Under the pieces are notes generated by a model. That model saw only the letters and a program-made list of their open reading frames with translations. It was not told where the DNA came from and searched no databases. Positions 47,913 through 55,565 of a DNA stretch of 64,000 bases are shown piece by piece (the first letter of the stretch is position 1; every line of letters starts with the position of its first letter). Both the position numbers and the translations under genes were made by a program. This DNA is from Terriglobales bacterium (GTDB taxonomy: Bacteria; Acidobacteriota; Terriglobia; Terriglobales; Acidobacteriaceae), in assembly GCA_025935035.1 (NCBI GenBank), contig JAICWB010000001.1, forward strand, positions 11,834 to 75,833, read 5' to 3'.

Positions 47913-50234
47913 GTGGGATTGAAAACGCCGGAACAAGAATCCAGCGCAGCGCTGTCTCGCGCGCAGGCTATTACCGAAATGGCGTTGGAGCTGGGCGTCT
48001 CACTCACCATCCCTGACCTATTGCAAGTCGTCTCACGCAGTTGTCTGAAGATGTTTCGACCGGCGGCGGTGCTCATCGCGCTGTCTCACAATCGTTCCCC
48101 GGAAGCGGTTCTGCTTGCCACCGGGCAGCAAGTTATCTCCGAACGCAAGTCTCTCGCCCGTTTTGATCAGGTGCTCGCGGATTTTCGCATCAAATCCACC
48201 GGCTCGATGGACTCCGTTGCCGCTAGTGACGTGTTAGGCCCTGATCTTATGCAGGGGCTTCAATGGTCAAAGTGCGCGATCGCCCGCATTGATGACAGCA
48301 ACGGACAACCGTTGGCCATGGTTTGCCTGGCGGACCCTGTCGAGGTTGACCAGGCGCTGTCGGCGGCGTTTTTGCGCCTCGTTTCTACGGCATTGGAGAA
48401 TTGCCGTCTTTTCTCGCAGATCACCCAGGCCAGCAAGCAGTGGGCTGAGATATTCGATTCGCTATCTGATTTCGTGGTTCTTCACGATGAGCAACACCGC
48501 GTGATGCGCGTGAATCGCGCGCTAGCTGATTTTATTGGCTCTCGGCCTCCGGAACTCATTGGCATTCATATGCGCGATTTACTGTCCAAAGGGAAAAATT
48601 CCGGCCTCCAGCCGTGCCCTTTCTGTTCGCAGAGCGCCCAAGGTGACGAATTTCGCCACCCTGCGTTGGACCGCTTTTATCTTTTGTCCACCTCGCGCGT
48701 GCGCGGCGCATTGAACGAAAGCTCGCAGACGATACACGTTCTCCGCGACATCACCGATCGTCGCGAAGCCGAGCGCCGCTATCAGCAATTATTTGACAAC
48801 GTACAGGAAGGTGTCTTTTTCTCCACTCCGGCAGGTCGTTTCCTCGAGGTCAATGACGCTCTTGTCACCATGCTTGGATATCGCAGCAAAAAGGAGTTGC
48901 TGGCCATTGATATTCCCACGCAGCTTTACTTGTCTGTCGATGACCGGATTCGCACTCAACACGCCATGGCGCCCACCGGGGAGCTGAAACAGAAAGAGAC
49001 TCACTTCCGCCGTAAGGACGGCTCGCTCATGCCGGCACTGGTCAACTCTTTCGCGGTTCGAAACACCGCCGGTGAAGTGGTGCAATATCGCGGCATGATC
49101 TTTGACATGAGCGAGATCAAGCGCTTCCAGACGCAATTGCAGCGCGAGCGCGATTTCAATCTGCAGATTCTTAACAATACGCAGAACATGATCCTCGTCG
49201 CCGACACTGCCGGCCTCGTCAGCTATGCGAATAGGCGTTGTTTCGTTCCGCAGGCTTACGGCAATACCGAGCTTGTCGGTCACAAGATCTCGAGCCTCGT
49301 CGAGCCTGCGGACCGTGAGTCATGGGATTGCGCCTTTGACATGGCGCTACAGGGCCAGCCGGTCGACAATCTGGAAGCGCAAATGATTCTCGGCGATGGC
49401 GCTGTTGGTCTCTTCTCCGTGAACCTGAGTCCCATGCGCGACCAAGCGGACCTGGTCACAAGCGTAGTCATCGTCATGACGGACATCACCGAGGCCGCCT
49501 TAATACAAGCGAAACTGATGAATACCGAAAAGCTCGCCGCAGTCGGCCAGTTGGTCTCGGGCGTAGCCCATGAAGTGAACAATCCCCTCACTGCCATCAT
49601 GGGCTTCGCTGACCTGATGCTTGAGAATCCAGAATTGCCGCAATTCGCGCACCAGGATCTGCAAGTCATCATGAAGGAAGCTGAGCGAACGAAGGAAATA
49701 GTTCAAAATCTTCTGAGCTTTGCCCGGCAGACTCCGCCACACCGTACCAACGTAGATGTGAACGCCGTTCTTCGCCGCACGCTCGCTTTGCGGGCATATG
49801 ACCTATCGAGTCATGGCGTCGAGATCGTCGAAGATTTCGCCAACGACCTGCCGCAAACTGTTGGCGATGAGCAGCAACTGGTTCAAGTGTTCCTGAACAT
49901 CCTCAACAACGCCTATGACGCGGTCATCGAGACAAGCAGCAAAGGCCGTATCCAGATCTCCACGTCACTCGCCGGCGCGAATGTTGTCGTCGAGTTCAAA
50001 GATAACGGGCCTGGGGTAAGTAATATCGAAAAGATATTTGATCCTTTCTTCACCACGAAACCTGTAGGCAAGGGAACTGGGCTTGGACTCAGCATCTGCT
50101 ACGGCGTGATCCGTCAGCACGGAGGCGAAGTGCATTGTCAAAACAATGCGAATGAAGCGGGCGCAACATTCATCATCAAACTGCCGATTCAGCCGAAGGC
50201 CGCCGCAGCCACTGTCGCGAGGGCCACGGCATGA
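47913..50234 (+). CDS. Cytoplasmic multi-sensor histidine kinase (GAF-like + PAS repeats + HisKA + HATPase)
   Basis: No TM segments. The N-terminal region is GAF-like and there are at least 2 PAS blocks (..RYQQLFDNVQEGVFF.., ..NLQILNNTQNMILVAD..). H-box SGVAHEVNNPLTAI. ATPase motifs NILNNAYDA, DNGPGV, GKGTGLGLS. The likely start is TTG at 47919, 5 nt after AAGGAG, rather than GTG at 47913. Confidence 0.85.
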   Translation: MGLKTPEQESSAALSRAQAITEMALELGVSLTIPDLLQVVSRSCLKMFRPAAVLIALSHNRSPEAVLLATGQQVISERKSLARFDQVLADFRIKSTGSMDSVAASDVLGPDLMQGLQWSKCAIARIDDSNGQPLAMVCLADPVEVDQALSAAFLRLVSTALENCRLFSQITQASKQWAEIFDSLSDFVVLHDEQHRVMRVNRALADFIGSRPPELIGIHMRDLLSKGKNSGLQPCPFCSQSAQGDEFRHPALDRFYLLSTSRVRGALNESSQTIHVLRDITDRREAERRYQQLFDNVQEGVFFSTPAGRFLEVNDALVTMLGYRSKKELLAIDIPTQLYLSVDDRIRTQHAMAPTGELKQKETHFRRKDGSLMPALVNSFAVRNTAGEVVQYRGMIFDMSEIKRFQTQLQRERDFNLQILNNTQNMILVADTAGLVSYANRRCFVPQAYGNTELVGHKISSLVEPADRESWDCAFDMALQGQPVDNLEAQMILGDGAVGLFSVNLSPMRDQADLVTSVVIVMTDITEAALIQAKLMNTEKLAAVGQLVSGVAHEVNNPLTAIMGFADLMLENPELPQFAHQDLQVIMKEAERTKEIVQNLLSFARQTPPHRTNVDVNAVLRRTLALRAYDLSSHGVEIVEDFANDLPQTVGDEQQLVQVFLNILNNAYDAVIETSSKGRIQISTSLAGANVVVEFKDNGPGVSNIEKIFDPFFTTKPVGKGTGLGLSICYGVIRQHGGEVHCQNNANEAGATFIIKLPIQPKAAAATVARATA

Positions 50235-50620
50235 GCGCCGGTCCCGCACTGCAGCAATATCCGCTGCTTGTCATTGAGGATGAAGCCTCTGTGCAAGCCT
50301 TCTTGCGGGCTGCGCTATCTCGCAACGGGTTTCAATTCGAGATCGTCGGTTCCGGCGCCGAGGGCCTCGAGCGGCTCAAGACAGGCCAGTACTGCGGGGT
50401 GCTTTCAGACATGCGCACTCCCGGCGGCGTCGATGGTGCTGATGTTCACTCCTGGCTGCGCGCAAACCAGCCCAGCCTCATTCCGCGCATGCTCTTCATC
50501 ACCGGTGACATTGTGAATGAGGAGACCCGACGTGTGCTTCAGACTACCGGTGTGCCCTGTATCGAAAAACCATTTCGCGTGAACGAATTGATCAACGCGA
50601 TCAGAAAAGTGTTGGGATAG
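50231..50620 (+). CDS. Single-domain response regulator (receiver only)
   Basis: REC with intact acidic pocket (VIEDE) and phospho-Asp (VLSDMRTPGGVDG), T (ITGD) and K (EKPF). The start overlaps the kinase stop (ATGA). Confidence 0.8.
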   Translation: MSAGPALQQYPLLVIEDEASVQAFLRAALSRNGFQFEIVGSGAEGLERLKTGQYCGVLSDMRTPGGVDGADVHSWLRANQPSLIPRMLFITGDIVNEETRRVLQTTGVPCIEKPFRVNELINAIRKVLG

Positions 50621-50623
50621 ACC

Positions 50624-52012
50624 ATGGATGACATCAAAAGCCGTTTCCTCATCGTCGACGACGACAAAAACATCCGCCGCCTCTGCATGACGGTCGGCTC
50701 ATCACTAGGCCTCATCGTTACTGAGGCTGAGAGCACCGAGTCCGCGCTTAACCAGATCGAACTTCATTCGCCCGACATCATCCTGGCCGATCTCATGATG
50801 CCGCAGATGACAGGACTTGAATTCCTCGAGCAAGTGAAAAAGCTGTTGCCGCACACCGAAGTCGCCATCATGACCGGCCACGGCAGCATAGAAACGGCCG
50901 TGCGCGCTATGCGCATGGGCGCTTACGACTTCATCACCAAGCCGTTCCGCATCGAGGAATTGAAACTGCTTCTCACGCGCATGGAAGAGAAAGTAAAACT
51001 GGTCGCCGAGAACCAATTCCTACGTGAACGAGTCACCACCGACACGAATTTAAACGGCGTCACCGGCTCCTCTCCCAAGATCCAGGATGTGTTGCGCATG
51101 GTCGCGCGCCTCAAAGACACGCGCACTCCGGTGCTGATCACCGGCGAGAGCGGCACAGGCAAAGAACTCGTAGCGCGCGCCATCCACTATCGCGGCACGC
51201 TAGCCAAGCGTCCATTCGTTGCCGTGGACTGTGGCTCGCTCGTCCCCACGTTGATCGAAAGTGAGCTGTTCGGGTATGAGAAAGGCGCGTTCACTGGCGC
51301 GCTGCGTGGAAAAGAAGGTCTCTTTCAAGCCGCCAACGGCGGCACCATTTTCTTAGACGAGATCGGCGAGCTTCCGCTGGAGATGCAGGCCAAGCTCTTG
51401 CGCGTCCTGCAGGAAAAAGAAGTGCGCCCCGTCGGCAGCAACGAGCGAGTGAAGATTGACGTCCGCGTCATAGCCGCCACTAATCGCGATCTGGAGCAAG
51501 CCTACAAAGACGGAACCTTCCGCAAGGATCTCTTCTTCCGCCTCAACGTAGTTTCCATTCACACGCCGCCACTTCGTGAACGCAAGTCGGATATTCCATC
51601 CCTCGTGCAATGGTTCCTTGAGAAGAGTGCGCCTCAACGTGTAGTCCACGTTTCCACCCAAGCCATGAAGCTGATGCTCGACTACGACTGGCCAGGCAAC
51701 GTCCGTGAACTCGAAAATTGCGTCGAACGCGCGGTGGCGCTCGGTGCAGACAGCGTTCTAGACGTCGCCGATCTCACTCCCGCCATCCGTGCGGGACAGC
51801 CCGGCGTTCCCCAGATCGCGCTCGCCACAGCGAATACAACTTCGTCTGACCTCGAAGAACTCGAGCGGGAAACCATCCAACGCGTCTTCGATCAAGTCGG
51901 TGGGGACAAGACCGCTGCCGGAAAAATTCTGGGTATCAGCCGTGCCACGCTTTACCGCAAGTTGAAGCGTTACAACATCACCCAAGCCAAAGCCATGACA
52001 GCAACTGCCTAA
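50624..52012 (+). CDS. Sigma-54-dependent response regulator (NtrC family)
   Basis: REC (IVDDD.. ILADLMMPQMTG), Walker A GESGTGKE, GAFTGA (YEKGAFTGA), and a C-terminal Fis-type HTH (AAGKILGISRATLYRKLK). It starts 3 nt after the receiver gene. Confidence 0.9.
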   Translation: MDDIKSRFLIVDDDKNIRRLCMTVGSSLGLIVTEAESTESALNQIELHSPDIILADLMMPQMTGLEFLEQVKKLLPHTEVAIMTGHGSIETAVRAMRMGAYDFITKPFRIEELKLLLTRMEEKVKLVAENQFLRERVTTDTNLNGVTGSSPKIQDVLRMVARLKDTRTPVLITGESGTGKELVARAIHYRGTLAKRPFVAVDCGSLVPTLIESELFGYEKGAFTGALRGKEGLFQAANGGTIFLDEIGELPLEMQAKLLRVLQEKEVRPVGSNERVKIDVRVIAATNRDLEQAYKDGTFRKDLFFRLNVVSIHTPPLRERKSDIPSLVQWFLEKSAPQRVVHVSTQAMKLMLDYDWPGNVRELENCVERAVALGADSVLDVADLTPAIRAGQPGVPQIALATANTTSSDLEELERETIQRVFDQVGGDKTAAGKILGISRATLYRKLKRYNITQAKAMTATA

Positions 52013-52107
52013 GCCGCAAGGCTGAGACAGCCGTCTCATAGTGAGAAACGAGACGCTGCTCAAGCAATCACGGCCAGTAAAATCAGCAACTTACCGCTCA
52101 AAATATT

Positions 52108-52123
52108 TGGCTTATCGCTTGCA
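52108..52123 (+). promoter_or_regulatory. Sigma-54 (-24/-12) promoter
   Basis: TGGCTTATCGCTTGCA has GG (52109-10) and GC (52121-22) separated by exactly 10 nt. It matches 9 of the 11 specified positions of TGGCAC-N5-TTGCW. It lies 96 nt after the activator gene stop and 46 or 67 nt before the in-frame ATGs at 52170 and 52191. Confidence 0.6.
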
Positions 52124-52190
52124 TATCAACCTTCGGGGACATCTGCGCGCGTTCATCCGCCGAGATGTCATGCTGAAAAGAAAAGAGACT

Positions 52191-53657
52191 ATGAGCACAG
52201 CGACCGTCAATCTGACTGAAGTAGCTGCAATGTGGCGCAATGCGCGCCGCCTTTACCCGATCTATTCCGCGCTGAACCAGCAATCTGGTTACGGACTGCA
52301 GCCCTGCCGCGATCTCGAAAGCCCCATCGACCGGTCCGATCCGGAAGTCGTTGAACGCGTCAAAGATTGGCTGAAACAGGTCGACACCCGCATTGAAGTG
52401 CATCAGATCCGGCAGCTTTTACAGACCACTCACATTGCCACTGAAGATGGTTTGCGCGCTTTGTTGACTCGCGAATTGCGCAAGGAGCCAAAGGACAACA
52501 CCGTCCGCGACAAAGTCGACTACATGCTCGTGCAGTATTACGCCTTTTGCTCTCCGGACGACGCGCACGCCTCCACCATCGACTTCACCCATGTCTCTCA
52601 AGTTCTGCGGCCCGTCTTGGGCGAAGTCTCACGCGTGGTGCCGGAGTTCTGCAGCGAACTCGACAACATTCTGACCCAGCTCGACCATTGCGCCTCTCTC
52701 GGTGACTTACTCAACAAGAAGATCATTGACAAAGCCCGCGCCATGAAAGACCAGGCGGGCGCCGAATATTTCAAAGCATCGGTCCTTGTCGCTTACGCGC
52801 GATTCAATTTTCTTATGCGTCGTGGATTCTTCCGCCTCATGCACGCCGACCTGCATGCCATCCGCTTCGCACTTCATGCGATGGAAGGCCGCGGACAGCA
52901 CTCATGCGATTGCACCGCCGTCGGCCTTTCAGCCGACCAGAACTTCGCTGAACTGCGCGAGATCTGTCACGACTGGAAAAAGCCATTTCGCGCCGCCTAT
53001 TCGCTCGGCAATACCTTTGAGCAGTTGGTAAAGATTCGCGCGGCGGTTGAAACAGCAATGGCGAAGCCATTGCCGTCGCCAAAACCCATTGCTCCAATTG
53101 CACCGGTGGCAGCCGCAGCCGCGCCAGCCCCTCAAGTGGCAAAACCGGCGCCAGTCACTACTCCCGCGCCCGCCAAACCCGCAGCCCAGCCTTCCGCTCC
53201 ATTTGCTGTAGCGCCGCAGACGGTCAAAACCGCCGCTCCAGTCGCAAACGTGGGAAGCAATTCCGCGGTGGACGAATGCATCTCGCAGATTCATATCGCC
53301 GTCTCCACGATTCCGGTCAAGAACGCGGCGATGTGTTCTTTCGCTCTAAAAGGAACGAAGCTCATATTGGCCTCATGGGAAGTAGTTGCGTTCCAGAAGC
53401 CGAATAGCCCCGCAGCCATTCCGGTACAGCAAGCAGTCGCTTCGCGCGTGCTTCTGATTCAAGCAGTGGAAGCGCGCAAGCGCGGCGAAGCGGTCGATGT
53501 TCGCGCAGCTATCGCGCAAGCCCATAGCCAGGCCGCGCATCTCCAGGCTGAGATCGCCACTGCTAAAGATCGCAAAGACATTGATACCGCGGTCAACTTA
53601 TCGGCAACCGCCAAACGACTGCTCGCCTTGGTCGAGCAGGCAGAAAAGGGCAAATAG
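52191..53657 (+). CDS. Hypothetical protein, no recognisable domain (N-domain, Ala/Pro-rich linker, C-domain)
   Basis: Long ORF with coding-like composition. I chose ATG 52191 (or 52170) because the sigma-54 promoter lies inside the 5' extension of the track ORF. The A/P-rich linker is encoded at about 53070-53230. The C-terminus is helical. Confidence 0.65.
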   Translation: MSTATVNLTEVAAMWRNARRLYPIYSALNQQSGYGLQPCRDLESPIDRSDPEVVERVKDWLKQVDTRIEVHQIRQLLQTTHIATEDGLRALLTRELRKEPKDNTVRDKVDYMLVQYYAFCSPDDAHASTIDFTHVSQVLRPVLGEVSRVVPEFCSELDNILTQLDHCASLGDLLNKKIIDKARAMKDQAGAEYFKASVLVAYARFNFLMRRGFFRLMHADLHAIRFALHAMEGRGQHSCDCTAVGLSADQNFAELREICHDWKKPFRAAYSLGNTFEQLVKIRAAVETAMAKPLPSPKPIAPIAPVAAAAAPAPQVAKPAPVTTPAPAKPAAQPSAPFAVAPQTVKTAAPVANVGSNSAVDECISQIHIAVSTIPVKNAAMCSFALKGTKLILASWEVVAFQKPNSPAAIPVQQAVASRVLLIQAVEARKRGEAVDVRAAIAQAHSQAAHLQAEIATAKDRKDIDTAVNLSATAKRLLALVEQAEKGK

Positions 53658-53661
53658 ACTC

Positions 53662-54435
53662 ATGTTCTCTGACGACAGGTTCATGCAAGACCGCGTAGTG
53701 CTGGTGCTAGCGCAGTCGCCTGCCTTTGCTCAAGCTTTAGTCGCTCGTTGGCAGAACATTTCATCCGCGCCGGCATTCACCGTCATCACCTCAGCGGATG
53801 CCACTTCTCACAACGGCAGCCAGTACAAAGCCTGCCATATGGTCATCGTCGAAGCAGCCGCTATCCACTCGCATCGAAATCTATTGCAACGCCTCGACGC
53901 GGTCGGCACGCCGGTCATCTGCGCATTGCCCATCGCGGCTTCTCGTAACGCTCGTTCGAACTCGCACGGCCCGGAACCGATCGTTTTCTCGCCGACGGCC
54001 GACCAACTCCGCGCAGATTTTCCGCGCATGATCACGCTCAACCTCATCGACCGCGAGTCCGGCCTCGACACGTTAGTCACTCTCGCGATCGAAGTCCTGA
54101 AACGTATCGACGCTGTGCTTCGCGCCAAGAAGGCAGAATCCGACGCCGGCTCGCAATCCGCTCAACTCGCGCTGGGTAAATACGTTGCCGAATCGATGCA
54201 CGGTTTCAACAATGCGCTTACCGCCGTGCTCGGCAATGCCGAACTATTAATGTTGGAAACCTCAAGCCTTACGCCTCAGATGCAGGAAGAGATTGAGGCC
54301 ATTCATTCCAACGCCATTCGCCTGCACGAGATGATGCAACGCTTCTCGTCATTGGAAGCCGAGATCGAGGCCGGACGCAAACATGGTAAGAGTGCCGCTG
54401 CGGGAGGCACTCAGGCTTACCTTTCAGGTACCTAA
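53662..54435 (+). CDS. HisKA (DHp)-only protein with a degenerate receiver-like N-domain; candidate histidine phosphotransferase
   Basis: 257 aa from ATG 53662, which is 4 nt after the upstream stop. C-terminal H-box LGKYVAESMHGFNNALTAVLGNAELLMLE, with the His codon at 54199-54201. A second DHp helix follows, then only about 20 more residues, so no HATPase domain. The N-terminal ~150 aa have an alternating beta/alpha pattern (VVLVLAQSP.., HMVIVEAAA.., TPVICALP). Confidence 0.65.
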   Translation: MFSDDRFMQDRVVLVLAQSPAFAQALVARWQNISSAPAFTVITSADATSHNGSQYKACHMVIVEAAAIHSHRNLLQRLDAVGTPVICALPIAASRNARSNSHGPEPIVFSPTADQLRADFPRMITLNLIDRESGLDTLVTLAIEVLKRIDAVLRAKKAESDAGSQSAQLALGKYVAESMHGFNNALTAVLGNAELLMLETSSLTPQMQEEIEAIHSNAIRLHEMMQRFSSLEAEIEAGRKHGKSAAAGGTQAYLSGT

Positions 54436-54457
54436 GCTGTTCTCAGCAGAAGATTTA

Positions 54458-54486
54458 CAACTGCCAAGTGCTAGGCTTGGCAGTTG
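54458..54486 (+). other. Perfect 11-bp inverted repeat / hairpin
   Basis: CAACTGCCAAG (54458-68) and CTTGGCAGTTG (54476-86) with a 7-nt loop and no following T-run. It lies between the DHp-only gene and the PilH-like gene. Confidence 0.5.
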
Positions 54487-54506
54487 CGGAAAGTAGCAAT
54501 GGGTTC

Positions 54507-54866
54507 ATGAAAAAGATTCTTATCTGTGACGATTCGATAGCTGAGGTCAAACTCATGCAGTCCGTGCTTGAGAAAGCCGGATACTGCCCGGTCGTGACCC
54601 ACGATTCCACGCGCATCGAGCAGATGATCGACGTACAGCGGCCCAACCTCATCCTCTTGGATGTCGTCATGCCGCAACGCAATGGATTTCAAGTCTGCCG
54701 TGACCTTAAAGGACATGCAGAATACAGCCGCATCCCGGTCGTGGTGGTCAGTTCCAAAGACCAGGAGAGCGACAAGTTTTGGGCAAAGCAACAAGGCGCG
54801 GACGGCTACGTGGTAAAGCCCTTTACGCCAGAACAATTGTTGGGCGCGATAAAAGTTTTGGTTTGA
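54507..54866 (+). CDS. PilH-like single-domain CheY-family response regulator
   Basis: 120 aa from the internal ATG (MKKILICDDS). Intact REC residues (DD, LLDVVMP, VVSS, VKPF). The block SSKDQESDKFWAKQQGADGYVVKPF resembles the PilH/PixH-type signature as I recall it (TKDQETDKVWGKRQGARDYLTKP). Confidence 0.8.
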   Translation: MKKILICDDSIAEVKLMQSVLEKAGYCPVVTHDSTRIEQMIDVQRPNLILLDVVMPQRNGFQVCRDLKGHAEYSRIPVVVVSSKDQESDKFWAKQQGADGYVVKPFTPEQLLGAIKVLV

Positions 54867-54910
54867 AAAAGACGATCAGTGAGGCCACGCAATTGGGCAA
54901 GGTTAGTCGG

Positions 54911-54978
54911 GGCACGGCTTAGTAAGGGCACGGCTTCAGCCGTGCCGTAACGGGCCAATAAATGGGGGCTTTAGCCCC
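54911..54978. repeat. REP-like intergenic palindromic element (direct repeat plus two hairpins)
   Basis: GGCACGGCTT occurs twice (54911-20 and 54927-36). The second copy forms the hairpin GGCACGGC-ttca-GCCGTGCC (54927-46). A second hairpin is GGGGCT-tt-AGCCCC (54965-78). Confidence 0.4.
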
Positions 54979-54993
54979 AGCGAAGAAACGCAA

Positions 54994-55536
54994 ATGGATT
55001 ACACAGCAGAGCAGGCAAAATTAACGGCGAAACTGGCGGAAGCCGCACAATCCGCCACAGGAGCGGCCGAACTCGGCGTTCCCGCTGAAGATCGTGCCGC
55101 GGAGATCCAGTACTGCATCTTCCGCGCCGGGCGCGAACGCTTCTGCCTGCCTGTTCTTGACGTGGAAGAGGTAGTCGAATGGCCCAGCGTCACTGACCTC
55201 CCGCTCTCGCCCAGCTTCCTGATGGGGATCTTCAATCTGCGCGGCAGCATTGTCCCCGTGATCGACATCGCGTTCACTGAAGGACGCCGCGCCGATCTTC
55301 CGCCTAAGCATTGCGTTGTGGCCATCAGAAAAGGTGCGGAAGCTGGCGAGTTCCTTCGGCTCGGGATCGCCGCAGACGAGGTCATCGGTACCTATAACAC
55401 TAGTGAACCTTTGCTGGTGGATGAAGCTCCGGCAGACGTACCGCATTGTTGCGGCATGCTGCGTCACGATGACCGCTTGGCATTGGCTTTGAGTTTGAAA
55501 CGGTTGACGGAATCTTTTCCCGTGCCGGTGATTTAG
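54994..55536 (+). CDS. cheW: CheW-family coupling protein (PilI-like position)
   Basis: CheW domain ([53 protein letters not shown]) preceded by a ~35-aa Ala-rich extension. Confidence 0.85.
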   Translation: MDYTAEQAKLTAKLAEAAQSATGAAELGVPAEDRAAEIQYCIFRAGRERFCLPVLDVEEVVEWPSVTDLPLSPSFLMGIFNLRGSIVPVIDIAFTEGRRADLPPKHCVVAIRKGAEAGEFLRLGIAADEVIGTYNTSEPLLVDEAPADVPHCCGMLRHDDRLALALSLKRLTESFPVPVI

Positions 55537-55565
55537 ATTTTTCGGTTTTGTCTTGGAGGCTGTAT

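Noticed and set aside
52041-52190. 5' extension of the 52041-53657 track ORF (GTG start).
   Set aside because: The sigma-54 promoter at 52108-52123 lies inside it. The extension is basic, low-complexity sequence. The in-frame ATGs at 52170 and 52191 are better placed.
53497-53661. 5' extension of the 53497-54435 track ORF overlapping the end of the previous gene.
   Set aside because: It would overlap the upstream gene by 160 nt in another frame. The ATG at 53662, 4 nt after the upstream stop, gives a clean start (MFSDDRF...).
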